From positions 23,952-87,951 of IMG/VR virus record IMGVR_UViG_3300023082_000001: a stretch of DNA of 64,000 nt; one strand, written 5' to 3'. Positions 34,152 to 45,103 of the stretch are shown here, in pieces (position 1 is the stretch's first letter; each line of letters begins with the position of its first letter). This stretch comes from a virus. Below the pieces are notes generated by a model. The model saw only the letters and a program-made list of their open reading frames with translations. It was not told where the DNA came from and did no database searches. The position numbers and the translations under genes were made by a program.

Positions 34152-35104
34152 ACGATACCCATCTTCAACATAACTTCACGCACATCTATAAAATCACCTT
34201 CCCAGCGAAGCATGTGAATCCCATCCCAATACACTTGCGCAAGCTTCAAATAATCAGCAACTTGAGGGCGTCCACACTGATCAATATATTCAACTTCAGA
34301 TGGATACCAAGACTTGTAAGTGTCATGAACAGCTTGCCAGCATTCTTGTTCTGTTGTCAGGTCTTTAAGAATCTTGTAGCCAGCCTTCTCACCAAACTTA
34401 ATCCCAGCAAGATAGCAAGGGTTCAGTCCGTCAATAGAATCTCCAACCAACCATTGAAGATACTTCCACTTACTACCATACCCCCTTACCTTATTCTTCT
34501 CATCAATGTACAGATCACCCAAACCTTTTACAAGCATTGGTTCTGACATCTTATCCCAGTTGTAAACCCAACCATCAGTTCCCATGCTATCTTTATCGGT
34601 CGAGCAACCGATAATTTTAGTTTTTGTTTTAATCCCTTCATACTGACGAATGGAGATTTTATCGTCTGCCTCGCCTATCACCACTTCAGCCTTGTGAACA
34701 CCCTTCAGATACTCCATTACTTCTTTAAGTTGCAGGGGTTTTACAAGGTTTAAACGGTTTCCTTTGTACTTCTGAGGCAAGGGTAGCTCATCCCTGAAGT
34801 TGTCCTTTCCACTGATATAAATCTCATACTTATCAGTCTTACATGTCTCACAAATACTTTCAATCATTCGTTTAACTGTGAACAAAGCATGTGAGATATC
34901 TTCTGTCACTTGTGTATCTGAGATATCAAAATCTTCTAGTGGAAACTTCTCACCAATAAACTCTTTAAACTCTGTGCGATGTTTGAATGCACGACTACGA
35001 TTGCTTGGTTTGTGCAGTGCAATAACACCACGAGTTTCATTTGCAGCAGATGCTTTGAATGCTAAAAGATCGCCATCGATGATGCAGATTGGTTTCTTTG
35101 CCAT
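34148..35104 (-). CDS. 5'-3' exonuclease (T7 gp6/RNase H-like)
   Basis: IIDGDLL, NFR, YKGNR, EADD, DKD, GDSIDG motifs. Confidence 0.9.
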   Translation of the reverse strand: MAKKPICIIDGDLLAFKASAANETRGVIALHKPSNRSRAFKHRTEFKEFIGEKFPLEDFDISDTQVTEDISHALFTVKRMIESICETCKTDKYEIYISGKDNFRDELPLPQKYKGNRLNLVKPLQLKEVMEYLKGVHKAEVVIGEADDKISIRQYEGIKTKTKIIGCSTDKDSMGTDGWVYNWDKMSEPMLVKGLGDLYIDEKNKVRGYGSKWKYLQWLVGDSIDGLNPCYLAGIKFGEKAGYKILKDLTTEQECWQAVHDTYKSWYPSEVEYIDQCGRPQVADYLKLAQVYWDGIHMLRWEGDFIDVREVMLKMGIV

Positions 35105-35121
35105 ACGTATCTAACTCCTAT

Positions 35122-35141
35122 AGAAAAGGGCCGTGAGGCCC
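35122..35141 (-). terminator. Intrinsic terminator
   Basis: GGGCC-TCAC-GGCCC-TTTTCT on the minus strand. Confidence 0.6.
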
Positions 35142-35156
35142 CATCTTTTTACTACA

Positions 35157-35408
35157 TCACTTAGAATACATATCCTGCAACTCTTGCAGTTTAGTCAATT
35201 CTTCAGCTTTACCTTTAAGGTCATCCTGTTTGACTTTAGCCTTGGCTGCTTTCATCAAATCACTAACTTCATCTTTTGGATAGCCATCAACATTGTATTC
35301 TTTTTCATAAGTGTATTCAGACTTCAACTCTTTCAAGTCTTCTTGCAGAACCAAGATTTCTTGCTCAAGTTGATAAGCGCGGTCAAATAGTGCTTGTTTC
35401 TCTTTCAT
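35157..35408 (-). CDS. Small dsDNA-binding protein, GapR/DUF2312/T4 DsbA-like
   Basis: F.RAYQLEQE...LQEDLKEL..E...DG....V..L.K helical pattern. Confidence 0.5.
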   Translation of the reverse strand: MKEKQALFDRAYQLEQEILVLQEDLKELKSEYTYEKEYNVDGYPKDEVSDLMKAAKAKVKQDDLKGKAEELTKLQELQDMYSK

Positions 35409-35428
35409 TTGTTTCTCCTAAATCCTAA

Positions 35429-35665
35429 TTAATATTTAATTCGTTGAATTGCTTTAGACGCTACATCAATAACGTCTGTGTGACCGTTGGCGGCAGCATT
35501 GGCTAGCAGCTTATAAAGCATTGGAAGTGGATCTACACTCTTACTTGCGTCAATAGCTTGTTGCTCAAGTTCTTTCTTCTTGAAATCAAGAAAGTCCTCA
35601 TAACTCTTAAAAGAGAGTGTTACTGAAGCATCACCTACTTGTTCGGTTTGCGTTACGTATGGCAT
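35429..35665 (-). CDS. Hypothetical protein
   Basis: 78 aa ORF with SD AGGAGAG. Confidence 0.55.
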   Translation of the reverse strand: MPYVTQTEQVGDASVTLSFKSYEDFLDFKKKELEQQAIDASKSVDPLPMLYKLLANAAANGHTDVIDVASKAIQRIKY

Positions 35666-35717
35666 AAATCTCTCCTAAAAAGTAGCCATCCTTGGCCAAA
35701 ATTCCTAATTGTTTAGA

Positions 35718-36404
35718 TCAAAATGGCAAACTTTCGTCCAGACCATCATCCTCTGGTTCAGTCTGTGGTGCTGGCGTATGAACCTCTTTCTCATCAGCAA
35801 CAACTTTAACATCAGCCTTTTTCACTTTGTAGCTGCCCAACACATCATCCACTACTTCATCAGACGAACTCTTACCTTCATAAGCGATGTGCTCAACTAC
35901 TTGAACAGTATCCAGTGTCACAGTCAGTTGGCCTTCAGGGTTACGGTAGCCAAACAGTTTCAGAGTGCAGACTGAGCCGTTGCCAATGTCCTGTGTAAAC
36001 GCTTGACCTTCTTTGTCAATGACATTCACAGTCATTGGATTACCTTTCTTACTGAACTCAGGCTTAGCCAGACCAAAACCATACATACCTTCTACAACAT
36101 CATAGTTGGTCTTACCTTCCTCAACTTGCGAAGACAAGGGATATTTAACCCGACGTGGTGGCTTAGTTGTCTTGTCCTTACCGACCAGAGCAAAGCCTTT
36201 ATTGAGCATGACCTCATCAAGCAATTTGTCCTTTGTTGCCTCATCCACAAACGCTGTCAGACTGAACTCTTTGTCTGTGCTTTGGTACTTGGTCTTTGGA
36301 GTATGTACAGCAGCATAGAATACAGGAGCATTCAGTACATATACGTTAAAGGTTTCCAGAGTGCCGGACTTAGGAAGCTGCTTTACAATTACAGAAGTAG
36401 TCAT
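35718..36404 (-). CDS. Single-stranded DNA-binding protein (T7 gp2.5-like)
   Basis: OB-fold-like core (IGNGS...L), acidic tail ending DDGLDESLPF; strong codon bias; next to the polymerase. Confidence 0.75.
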   Translation of the reverse strand: MTTSVIVKQLPKSGTLETFNVYVLNAPVFYAAVHTPKTKYQSTDKEFSLTAFVDEATKDKLLDEVMLNKGFALVGKDKTTKPPRRVKYPLSSQVEEGKTNYDVVEGMYGFGLAKPEFSKKGNPMTVNVIDKEGQAFTQDIGNGSVCTLKLFGYRNPEGQLTVTLDTVQVVEHIAYEGKSSSDEVVDDVLGSYKVKKADVKVVADEKEVHTPAPQTEPEDDGLDESLPF

Positions 36405-36488
36405 TTAATTTTCTCTATTAAGTTGTGTATTAAGTTTTAGTTCACATTACGTTGAGGCTATTTATAACATCCTATCTCTAGGAATTCT

Positions 36489-36665
36489 TTATCGAACCTG
36501 TTTCTCCACTTCCAATTTAAACTTACGCTGCACAATCTTCGCACTAAACCCCGATGCCTTCCACTTGCCCATCTCTTTGCGCGCATCTTCGCGATTATTG
36601 CGAATAAAGCCAAATTGATTATCGCCTACTACCACTTCATATTCATAACGGATGGTGTTGCTCAT
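36489..36665 (-). CDS. Hypothetical protein (58 aa, below ORF-track cutoff)
   Basis: MSNTIRYEYEVVVGDNQFGF...KQVR with SD GGAG. Confidence 0.5.
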   Translation of the reverse strand: MSNTIRYEYEVVVGDNQFGFIRNNREDARKEMGKWKASGFSAKIVQRKFKLEVEKQVR

Positions 36666-36668
36666 TAT

Positions 36669-37055
36669 TTACTCTCCAGTTGATTCAAGATTTACTTGTT
36701 CCAAGTATTGTTTAAACTGCTCTGCTGCCACTTCACCGTAACTTGGCTCATTCCCACCAAGCTTCTCACTCACATGACGCATTGCTGTATCATAGCTTGT
36801 TTCAAATGATTGTGGGTCGTTAATATACGTGTCCATCCACATGTTGAAGGCTGCTGCATAATCAGGAACCTGTTGATGTACCTCTGTGCCATTAAGTTCA
36901 TCAATGATTCGTGTACTAATTTCCGTTACCTCCTCTTCAGTGCGTCCGTAAACAATAATCTTTGAGGACCAATCATTACCACAATCAATTGTATGCTCAA
37001 AAATACCACAATCGTTAGGTGGGAACAATGTACCTTTGCTATAATTATCCATCAT
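36669..37055 (-). CDS. Hypothetical acidic protein
   Basis: 128 aa ORF behind promoter 37099-37127. Confidence 0.55.
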   Translation of the reverse strand: MMDNYSKGTLFPPNDCGIFEHTIDCGNDWSSKIIVYGRTEEEVTEISTRIIDELNGTEVHQQVPDYAAAFNMWMDTYINDPQSFETSYDTAMRHVSEKLGGNEPSYGEVAAEQFKQYLEQVNLESTGE

Positions 37056-37098
37056 CTTCTCCTTTCATTTCTATTTAAAAACGTTTGTCTACTTTAGT

Positions 37099-37127
37099 AG
37101 TTTAGCGCATTATTTTGGGTGGGGCAA
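37099..37127 (-). promoter_or_regulatory. sigma70-type promoter
   Basis: TTGCCC-17-TAAACT. Confidence 0.65.
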
Positions 37128-37132
37128 GGGTT

Positions 37133-39277
37133 TTAGTGAATTTCTGAATATCGTTCGCCAAACTGTGTTTCACACCCAAGCTTCCTACGTAGTTTATACT
37201 TTTCATTTACAATGTCAATTGCTTTACCAATTATCTCCTTAAACTCTTCACGATACTTCGGTAAGTCTTTGATTACAAAGACATTTTCGTCATGAAACTC
37301 ACCGGTCAACGTTTTTCTGTTATACCGACGCTGTTGCTCTTCTAGAATCTCATCCACCCACATATCAAAAAAGTATGAGCCAGTCCCTTGGGCCAAGGTT
37401 GAGAACCTATCTGCCTCTGAGCGAAGGGCATAGCAAAACCCGTTAATGGGGTTTACAAGCCATTTACGACCTCGGCTGTCACGAATAACAACTTGTTCAT
37501 CTGCAATAGCCTTCACAGACCAATTCAGCTTCCAGTAAGCCTCGTGCAAAGTTTTGCCTTCTTTAAGGCTTACGCCTGCTGCTTGGGCGATCTTGGCAGC
37601 CCCAGCATTATACACAGAAGCATAGTTGGTTGTCTTACCCTTCTTACGGGCTGCCTTTGCATTGCTAGACTTCTCTCCACGTTTAAAATCGTCATACTCT
37701 TTTTGAGTAACCATCTTAGCAGTAAGTGCCATAAGAATGTGAGGATCGAAGTCGTCCTCTTGCATAGTTGCTACATACTCAGGGTCATAAGGCAACATAA
37801 AATGGTGTTTGGTTCGATCCTCAAGGCTGCTAAGGTCGGAACCAACGCTTATTTTTCCTTTGCCTGAAATCAAAACTCCTCGAATCAAATCCCCGTGAGG
37901 CTTATCTACTCCCGGCAAGTTTACAATTTCACGGTGCATGACACGCAAAGTGTTAGTGAAACCGCCGATACGAGCCTGAAGCCACTTACCATCTTTAAGG
38001 TCACGAATAAAGCCTTTAATAACGCCCAGACGATGTTTGGCTACGTTGTATTCTGCATACTTACGAATAGCTGGAACATCTTCGGCCAGCTCTAATACAG
38101 ACTCACACAGCTCTTTACCATCATCGCCACCAACACTGATTTGAGGAATTGCACGCTCTTCTGGCTTACTGTTTTTCCATTCAGTCCATTTGCTATTATG
38201 AGAGCCTTCCTTTGGTTTCTTTTCAATCCAAGCATTAAAAGCTTCTTCGTCTTTTTCATAACGGAACGATGTAGGAACCCAACCGTGTGAATAAAGCAAT
38301 GCTTTCACTTGCGCCGGTGAAGATGCCTTTGGTTCCTCGTAACCGTTTAGTACCTTAAAAACCCCCTTAACTTCTGTATCTTCAACCTTAAGTGTGCCGT
38401 ACTCATCAACCTCTTTAGCTTCATACACCTGCATAAGCTCATTCCACTTAACGCCAAGTGAAGAAAGAGATGTGTCTTTCTTAAACATCTTCTTAGGCTT
38501 TTCTTTCTTTACGTACTGAGGAACCTTTGGCATTACGGCCTCAAGGGCCACAGTTGTCTCATTCACAATGGCTTCAAGTTTCTTTTCCGATTCCAGAAGC
38601 AACTCAGTATCAACTTCCCACCGTGTCTTTTCTTGAAGACGGGCACAATCCATTTTGAACATAAGGAATGTCAGAAGACGATTGATATGCTCTTCTACAG
38701 ACAAACCCCTAAGCTTATCAATAGCCAACACTTCATCGTCATCAATGCGTTTTCCCCCAACTGCTCCAGCATCAATTTCTGTCTTTGCTGTTGTGTACAA
38801 CTCAATTAGACGTTTCTTAAGATCTTTCCATAAGGCTTGGTTGATCTTAACGTCTTCTACTACTCGGTTTTGGTACACCTCATAAGGCTGTTCATTCCAA
38901 TCCTCAACTGCTGGTTTTTCAATTCCATAGTCCTCGTGAAATGTGCCCAAACCGTGCATCTTGCGTTCTGGGTTGAGATACCAGCTTAAGGCCAAGGTGT
39001 CAATCAGCATTAACTTAGACAGATCAATACCAAACAACTTCTCCATGAGCGGTACGTCAAATGAAATACCGTTATGCATAACAATTGGAGTTTCGTTATC
39101 AATATGCCACTGAAAGAATTTTACAATTCGTTCTGATTCACTTGAACCTTTAAATGTCAAGATATCTTTCATATTCATCTGGAAACCAAGAACATGAAGC
39201 TTTGTGGCTACATCGAGGAAGCCATCACTTTCCAAGTCTGCGACTGTTGCTTGTTTCCAGTTATAAATATTCTTCAA
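37133..39277 (-). CDS. DNA polymerase, family A (T7 gp5-like), with 3'-5' exonuclease
   Basis: Exo I DLESDG, HNG..FD, EDV; pol motif A SDLSSLEDR, motif B R..GKTTNYASVY, motif C FHDE. TTG start after SD AGGAG. Confidence 0.95.
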   Translation of the reverse strand: MKNIYNWKQATVADLESDGFLDVATKLHVLGFQMNMKDILTFKGSSESERIVKFFQWHIDNETPIVMHNGISFDVPLMEKLFGIDLSKLMLIDTLALSWYLNPERKMHGLGTFHEDYGIEKPAVEDWNEQPYEVYQNRVVEDVKINQALWKDLKKRLIELYTTAKTEIDAGAVGGKRIDDDEVLAIDKLRGLSVEEHINRLLTFLMFKMDCARLQEKTRWEVDTELLLESEKKLEAIVNETTVALEAVMPKVPQYVKKEKPKKMFKKDTSLSSLGVKWNELMQVYEAKEVDEYGTLKVEDTEVKGVFKVLNGYEEPKASSPAQVKALLYSHGWVPTSFRYEKDEEAFNAWIEKKPKEGSHNSKWTEWKNSKPEERAIPQISVGGDDGKELCESVLELAEDVPAIRKYAEYNVAKHRLGVIKGFIRDLKDGKWLQARIGGFTNTLRVMHREIVNLPGVDKPHGDLIRGVLISGKGKISVGSDLSSLEDRTKHHFMLPYDPEYVATMQEDDFDPHILMALTAKMVTQKEYDDFKRGEKSSNAKAARKKGKTTNYASVYNAGAAKIAQAAGVSLKEGKTLHEAYWKLNWSVKAIADEQVVIRDSRGRKWLVNPINGFCYALRSEADRFSTLAQGTGSYFFDMWVDEILEEQQRRYNRKTLTGEFHDENVFVIKDLPKYREEFKEIIGKAIDIVNEKYKLRRKLGCETQFGERYSEIH

Positions 39278-39288
39278 AACAATACTCC

Positions 39289-40998
39289 TTAAAGTGAATC
39301 TCCTTCCCATTCATATTGGAGGAGCAAACCTGTGTTGGGTTGATACTGAGTCTTAAACTTATCCTCACCGCCAAACATACGATTCTTAATACAACCAATA
39401 AAGCTGTTGGACTTCAGATCGCCAAGTGCATGTTTATTTCGCTCAAAACTCATAAGTAAGGGGAAAGCACGCATAATACCACGGCTACCTGTGAATTGGG
39501 AAGCAAATACTTCGCCGCCGTTCTCGTGGTCCCGAACGTCCTTACCTTTTGGTGGGTTCAAGTGGCTGTACACACCAATATGAATGTCAAGCTCTGCTGC
39601 TAGGTTAGCAATCTCAGACGACCACTTGTTGATAAATTCGTTAGCTTCAGCACTTGACAAATGATCGACCAAACGGGTCATGTTATCAATCTCAACAAAC
39701 CTAACACCATATTCCATTGCATTGTAACGGATAGCTTTTACAATCTCTTCAATATCAAATCTGTTAGCTGCTGCTTGACCATCACTCTCCCACAAAAACA
39801 ATTTACCTTCAAGGCTATAAGCTGTCTCCAAATATTGTTCACGGTGTTGTTCGTGAGCACTTGGAAGATGATAAGGGATGCCATCAATCTTGCCTGCAAT
39901 ATTGTACAAAGTAGAACGGTTAGGCTCTTCCAACAAAACAGAAAAGACTTTTTCTTTATGCTCAATAATGTTGTGGGCCGACTTCATATGAGACAAGAGA
40001 GTCTTCCCAAGGCCGACGCCAGCCCCTGTACATGTTGCCTCACCCATACGTTGAGAGCAGTTCATATCTGTAAGCGCTTGCCACGGGTAAGAGAATCCCG
40101 GAACAGGGGCTGCATCGTCACGAGCCAACACAGTTGAGACACCAACCACACCTTCAGATGTAGGTTTTGCACTCTTCCAGATGCAGAAGTCTGCAAATAA
40201 ATCACCATCTCCTTTCAACAAAACTTCGTTAGCATCTTTGGCATTAGTTGGATAAACAGCAACTTTGATATCTGGGAGAATCTTCTGGACATCTTTTACA
40301 GCTTTCTTCCCAGCTTCGTCATTATCTAAAACTAACACTGTTTCGGTAAAGAACTTATCAATCTCTTTACGCATACGACCAAGGGTTGTAACAGCACTGC
40401 CAACACCGTGAGGCAAGCTTACAACTGCAAACTTGTTCCACTGGCTTTTACGTTTAGCAGCATGAGCTTCTAGCATCATCTCTAGCGCTCGACAGTCCCA
40501 CTCCCCTTCTGTTACATATAGACGTTTAACACCAGCTTTCTTAGCAATTTCCCAGTTGAAAAGGTCGGCACCTTTAATATCCCCGATAGACCACATAGCC
40601 TTCTTGTCGAGCATAATGGCTTTATAACCAACCAACTTACCGTCAATCGTGTAAGGAAAATTAAATGTAAATGGTGTTTTACCATCATACTCACTGTAAG
40701 CCAATTTGATGCCTGCTCGTGCAAAGTATTCTGGTGCAATACCTCGATGCTCTTGCCGAGGGGATTTCAAATTACGAATCTCTTGAATCTCTTCCTCAAT
40801 CTCATCTTCACTTTTACGCTTTGGTGGCTTTGGCTGCTTGCCGTTGTAGGGGTCTTCTACATAAGCGTCCAAACCCTTTGAAGCGCAACTAAAGCAATAC
40901 CCAGTGAATTTGTTTTTACCGTCATCGTAAAATACTTGCATACCTTTTTCAGAAGTGCAGTGTGCTACATCATGTTTAATACGTTCTACACAGGCCAA
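39289..40998 (-). CDS. DNA primase-helicase (T7 gp4-like)
   Basis: N-terminal Cys/His zinc motif (YCFSC), TOPRIM TEGEWD and DNDEAG, Walker A GAGVGLGKT, SHL and DnaB-type motifs. Confidence 0.92.
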   Translation of the reverse strand: MACVERIKHDVAHCTSEKGMQVFYDDGKNKFTGYCFSCASKGLDAYVEDPYNGKQPKPPKRKSEDEIEEEIQEIRNLKSPRQEHRGIAPEYFARAGIKLAYSEYDGKTPFTFNFPYTIDGKLVGYKAIMLDKKAMWSIGDIKGADLFNWEIAKKAGVKRLYVTEGEWDCRALEMMLEAHAAKRKSQWNKFAVVSLPHGVGSAVTTLGRMRKEIDKFFTETVLVLDNDEAGKKAVKDVQKILPDIKVAVYPTNAKDANEVLLKGDGDLFADFCIWKSAKPTSEGVVGVSTVLARDDAAPVPGFSYPWQALTDMNCSQRMGEATCTGAGVGLGKTLLSHMKSAHNIIEHKEKVFSVLLEEPNRSTLYNIAGKIDGIPYHLPSAHEQHREQYLETAYSLEGKLFLWESDGQAAANRFDIEEIVKAIRYNAMEYGVRFVEIDNMTRLVDHLSSAEANEFINKWSSEIANLAAELDIHIGVYSHLNPPKGKDVRDHENGGEVFASQFTGSRGIMRAFPLLMSFERNKHALGDLKSNSFIGCIKNRMFGGEDKFKTQYQPNTGLLLQYEWEGDSL

Positions 40999-41011
40999 TT
41001 TGTCTCTCCTA

Positions 41012-41770
41012 TTAATCCAAAAATTCTTTCAGCTTATTTACCAATCTACTGTCCAATTTACTGCCATACAAGCCTATAAGCTCTGCTACCCGGATTTTCT
41101 TATATGAAATATAAGCTTCATATGCCAGTTCAGGGGTTGAAAACCTACCTAGAGCTTTCCTGTAACCACCAGCACCGCAGCCAGCCTGATAATTTCCCCT
41201 ATCTTTACAGTAATTTACACCTGTAGGCAAGTCGTCTGTTTTTGTTGTTGGTACAATAAATAAGGTATTGACCTCTTGGGGCACAAATACACAAACATCA
41301 GGGCTGTATACCTTACCAGCTGTAATCCCTCCTAGCAAGTCTTTATCAAGCTGCCAGCCTTTCTCACTAAAACCGACTTGTAACTGGCACCACTCAGCAA
41401 AATTCTGAAAGTTGTGCCAGCGTTCATCAACGAAGCAACCCACATAAGTGGGGCTGCGCAAGTGGCTGGCGGGGCTATAGCAACGCTCCATAATGCCTTT
41501 CCAGAACATATACTCCCTAGTCCCAGACTTGTATCCAGAAGTGCTATTTTGATCTACACCATAGTAGCCAACGCCGAACACCGAACGGAAAAATGGATTT
41601 GCAACTTCTCCTTTACGCAAGTCACCTGTTCTTGTAGTTTTAATATATCCATGTTCATCTTGAAATTGGACAACTACATTAAAAGCACCATTATACTCAA
41701 TAATAACACATTCACAGCCTTGATTGGTTATGAATTTATCTCCCACCTTTACCCTATCTTTGTTACTCAC
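41012..41770 (-). CDS. HNH homing endonuclease with C-terminal AP2 domain
   Basis: W.G.M.RCY, WH.FQ.FAEW, LDKDLL, YSP..C.FVP..VN; AP2 LP.GV...Y.A...LG.F.T.E.A..AY. Confidence 0.85.
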   Translation of the reverse strand: MSNKDRVKVGDKFITNQGCECVIIEYNGAFNVVVQFQDEHGYIKTTRTGDLRKGEVANPFFRSVFGVGYYGVDQNSTSGYKSGTREYMFWKGIMERCYSPASHLRSPTYVGCFVDERWHNFQNFAEWCQLQVGFSEKGWQLDKDLLGGITAGKVYSPDVCVFVPQEVNTLFIVPTTKTDDLPTGVNYCKDRGNYQAGCGAGGYRKALGRFSTPELAYEAYISYKKIRVAELIGLYGSKLDSRLVNKLKEFLD

Positions 41771-41818
41771 AACCCCTCCTAAATACCTTCAACAATTATC
41801 TCGCAAACATCTCTCGCC

Positions 41819-44800
41819 CTATTGCCCATCATCCCAAATATTCTGCCACTCTTCCCTAGCCTGCTGAATTCGCTCATCAATAATCTCATTAATGCCTGTC
41901 ATAAGATAACTGATGAAGTCGTCGAGTTCATAATCCCCGCAGACTAACACACCCCTAGAACTATATTCAAGCAATTCTTTCTCGCTGTATTGCCTAAATC
42001 CTTTCTTAATATCTACGAACATTTAAAATTCTCCCTTGCCCAGTTCATCACAGAATTGTAATCACCTTTCACATCTTTTGGAATTTCCATCTCTAAATAT
42101 TCCGGCAGAGGCCATCGGCTCACAATATAATTCTCAGACTTAGCTAGTGCTTCACCTTTGCGAACTTCAAAATTCCAGCAGCCATTGACAACAAAACCTG
42201 ATTTAAGATTGCCCTTAGAATCGCGTTTAACATCTCTAAGCAATAAAGAAGGCTCGCCATTTAGAAACAGACAAATCATTTCTTATCCCTCCACTCAACA
42301 CTAGGAATCAGCAACAAGGCCAACATAAGACGCAGCGAATGCTGCACCCCACTCCCCAAACTATACACACACGCTGCAATCATTGCAAAGAATCCTACAT
42401 AAAAGATGCAGATGTTGTTAGGCATTATTGGACCTCCAACACAACACTCATCAGTGTAAATTCACTATTGTCTACATACCATTTGTCAACTTCAAGATCA
42501 TAAATAGCGCCGTCACACAAAGCAACTACTGAATTCTCATCTGTCGCCAACAAAAAGTTGCCAGAACTATCTTTATAAACCTCCCCTTGAAGTAATTCGG
42601 ACTTAAGATAGACTTTTGGACTTTTACGTTTACCAATTTAATATTCATTCCGCCTTCCCCTCAACCTTAAACAGCCTACTATAAACATATTGCACTTTCC
42701 CTGCCTCATCCATTTCACTTGTGACAGCGAATTGACTAGGCTGCTCCTCTTTAATAGCCTTGAATAGTGCTGTAAGGGATTTCAGTGTTGTGCTGTTCAT
42801 TGGTTATCTTCTACCATGCGAGTTAGTTGACGCCACATATTAAAACTAAGATCAATGTCAACCGGACCGTTATATCCCATATTTTCCCATTGTTTTTTCA
42901 AATCTTCATTTGAACTATTAAGTGCTGCTGTGATCAGTTTCAATTCATTTAAGCTTTCGATAGTCAATTTAATTGGCTGGAAAACTTTGTCTTGTGTCAC
43001 TTTCATTTCAGTCCACCTTTCAATACTGTTAATTTCACACCGGAATGCATCTTTTCTTGCAGGTTTTGCCTACTAGAAACTGTTTGCTTCCCTTCAACGT
43101 CTCCAACACTGCCCACGTCTTTCTCCGCGTTCTGTACGCCAAATTGCAATAGTCTTTGGTTTATTTCAATAGTGAGAACAGATTGCAATTGATGTAACAT
43201 TGACAATGGCATTGTAGCATAGCTGGCTGCTACGCCTGACAGAAGGCTCATCTCGTCACGCATATTAATTACCTTTATACAATGGATCAGCAAAGTAAAT
43301 CTCTTCTGGTGCATCAGGCCACTCTTCACGTAATGCTTGAAAATTTCCTTCATTCCAGCAGCGTAAGAAACTTAGGGGTTCTTCACAATAACCTTTACCA
43401 AGCATGTACCTGATGACAGCATTGTAAGCGGCTTCAGTCTTGTTAATCTGCTCTTGTGCTTCTTCATATAGGCTGAAGAACATGTGATCATCTAGTCCAC
43501 CACGTTCAACCAGATCGTGGATTTCTTCTTCACTCATTTCAAGATAGCTCATCTCTAATCTCCTCAATCAATCGTTTCTGAATTTCATTCCCAAACCTAT
43601 CCTGCACATCTTGACACTCATCACGGCTCATGTCAAGCATTTCATAGTCATAATGCTCATCCATTTCAATCATGCCTCCCACCACTTCTAAGTCAATCCA
43701 ACCTGATGAATAATGGTCATCACCACTCTCGTAAGAATACTCTACATCCAGCAACCACTGATCAAGCCTAATTTGTGCTGTCATTCAATCTCCAGAGTTG
43801 CTTTGACCGGATAGAACACATCGCCGAAATGTTCATCTTCATCAAACATTTCACCACTATCAAGATCAATTGTTTTGTACTCTTGTGTATACATCATGTA
43901 CTTCTGAAGACGGTTTGAAATATAAACTTCACCAAACTTTAGGTCAGCCCAACTGATTTCTCTACTTTTATTTCTTTTGTCATTGATAATCATCACACAC
44001 CCTCCCCAACCAATTCTTGCTGCATAGCTTGTTTATGTTGCTTATTCACCACCTGATCCACAAGCATATTGAAATCATCCTGTGACATGATAAAGCTTTC
44101 ATCACACTTGCCTGTACTGTTGAAGACATGTTGCTGCTTGGTGTTCATTTTTGAATAGTTGATATAGCTCATTTCGCCTCTCCAATAATACGTGTCAGCT
44201 CACCTAGTGTACGGCCTGCAATATTTACACGAGTGAATTCAGTAGGGTAGATTTCAAATAGTGTAATCCACAAGTCTGTGCCGATGAAGTAGTCCACAAT
44301 AGCAATTTCGCTATCACATTCTGACTGGTAGAAACGTGTCACTCGTGCTCGGTTAAAATCAGCAGCAATCTCTTGAATTTCTTTTTCCACTTCTAGGTTC
44401 ATCTTATCTCTCCATTAGCAAAGGCGACATCTCGCCATAAATTGCACAATAATTAATGTTTTATATGTCTTACGTCTACTACACAGTCAGGAAGATAGCA
44501 GACGTGTGGGATAGTGTCAACTGTCAGATACGATTCTTTCTAGATCATTGGCAGCACCAATGAAATGGTCACCAGTCCAGTGTGGAGGTAAGCCTTGGTA
44601 CTCTGCAAGCTTGTTGTCCACCTTCATAGACTCTATCTGTGCCTGTACCATGTAGATCATGGCTAGCTTCCTCAATTGATCATCGTTCATCTCAATCCTT
44701 CCTCTATTAGTCCACGTTTGTCGTTGGGGCCAATTTACTCTCCGTTTTAGCCTGCGTCAAGAGGCTAGGGAGATACCAATGCCATACAGACCAACTAGAC

Positions 44801-44942
44801 GTTTAGCTTCTTTCAAAGCGTGTGTACGGCTCATATTAGGAAACTGAGACTGCAACTCATTTGCCAGCCTAGCCTCATCATTGGTGATAGCTGCATCCAT
44901 TTGAGCAAAATGGTTACGCAGTGATTGACGATTCATATCCAT
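41819..44942 (-). other. Cluster of about 14 small hypothetical ORFs (e.g. 41819-42022, 42013-42279, 42797-43006, 43265-43567, 43539-43784, 43781-43996, 44169-44402, 44757-44942)
   Basis: Head-to-tail ORFs with SD sequences and overlapping stop/start codons; no recognisable families. Confidence 0.65.
44492..44520 (-). promoter_or_regulatory. sigma70-type promoter
   Basis: TTGACA-17-TATCTT. Confidence 0.7.
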
Positions 44943-44976
44943 TTCAATTTACTCCGTGGTTTGTTTGTGTAGGCTC

Positions 44977-45004
44977 AGTATACATCCTGTGTCACCTACG
45001 TCAA
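44977..45004 (-). promoter_or_regulatory. Leftward promoter of the divergent pair
   Basis: TTGACG-16-TATACT followed by an A/C-rich leader and SD GGAG. Confidence 0.7.
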
Positions 45005-45103
45005 GTCCTATTCAGAAAATATTTCCCCACACCTTCTGAACACTCCTACACACGCTTACTGGATGTGGTGGAGGATAGCACAGAAAATTCTTGTAGTGAG
45101 GGG

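Noticed and set aside
36455-36475. T4-type late promoter TATAAATA upstream of the SSB gene
   Set aside because: Single occurrence in AT-rich DNA, not found before structural genes, and no gp55-like sigma factor in the window.
26060-40998. Group I introns or inteins in nrdA, nrdB, polymerase or primase-helicase
   Set aside because: All four ORFs are continuous, with every catalytic motif at normal spacing; the HNH genes are free-standing between genes.
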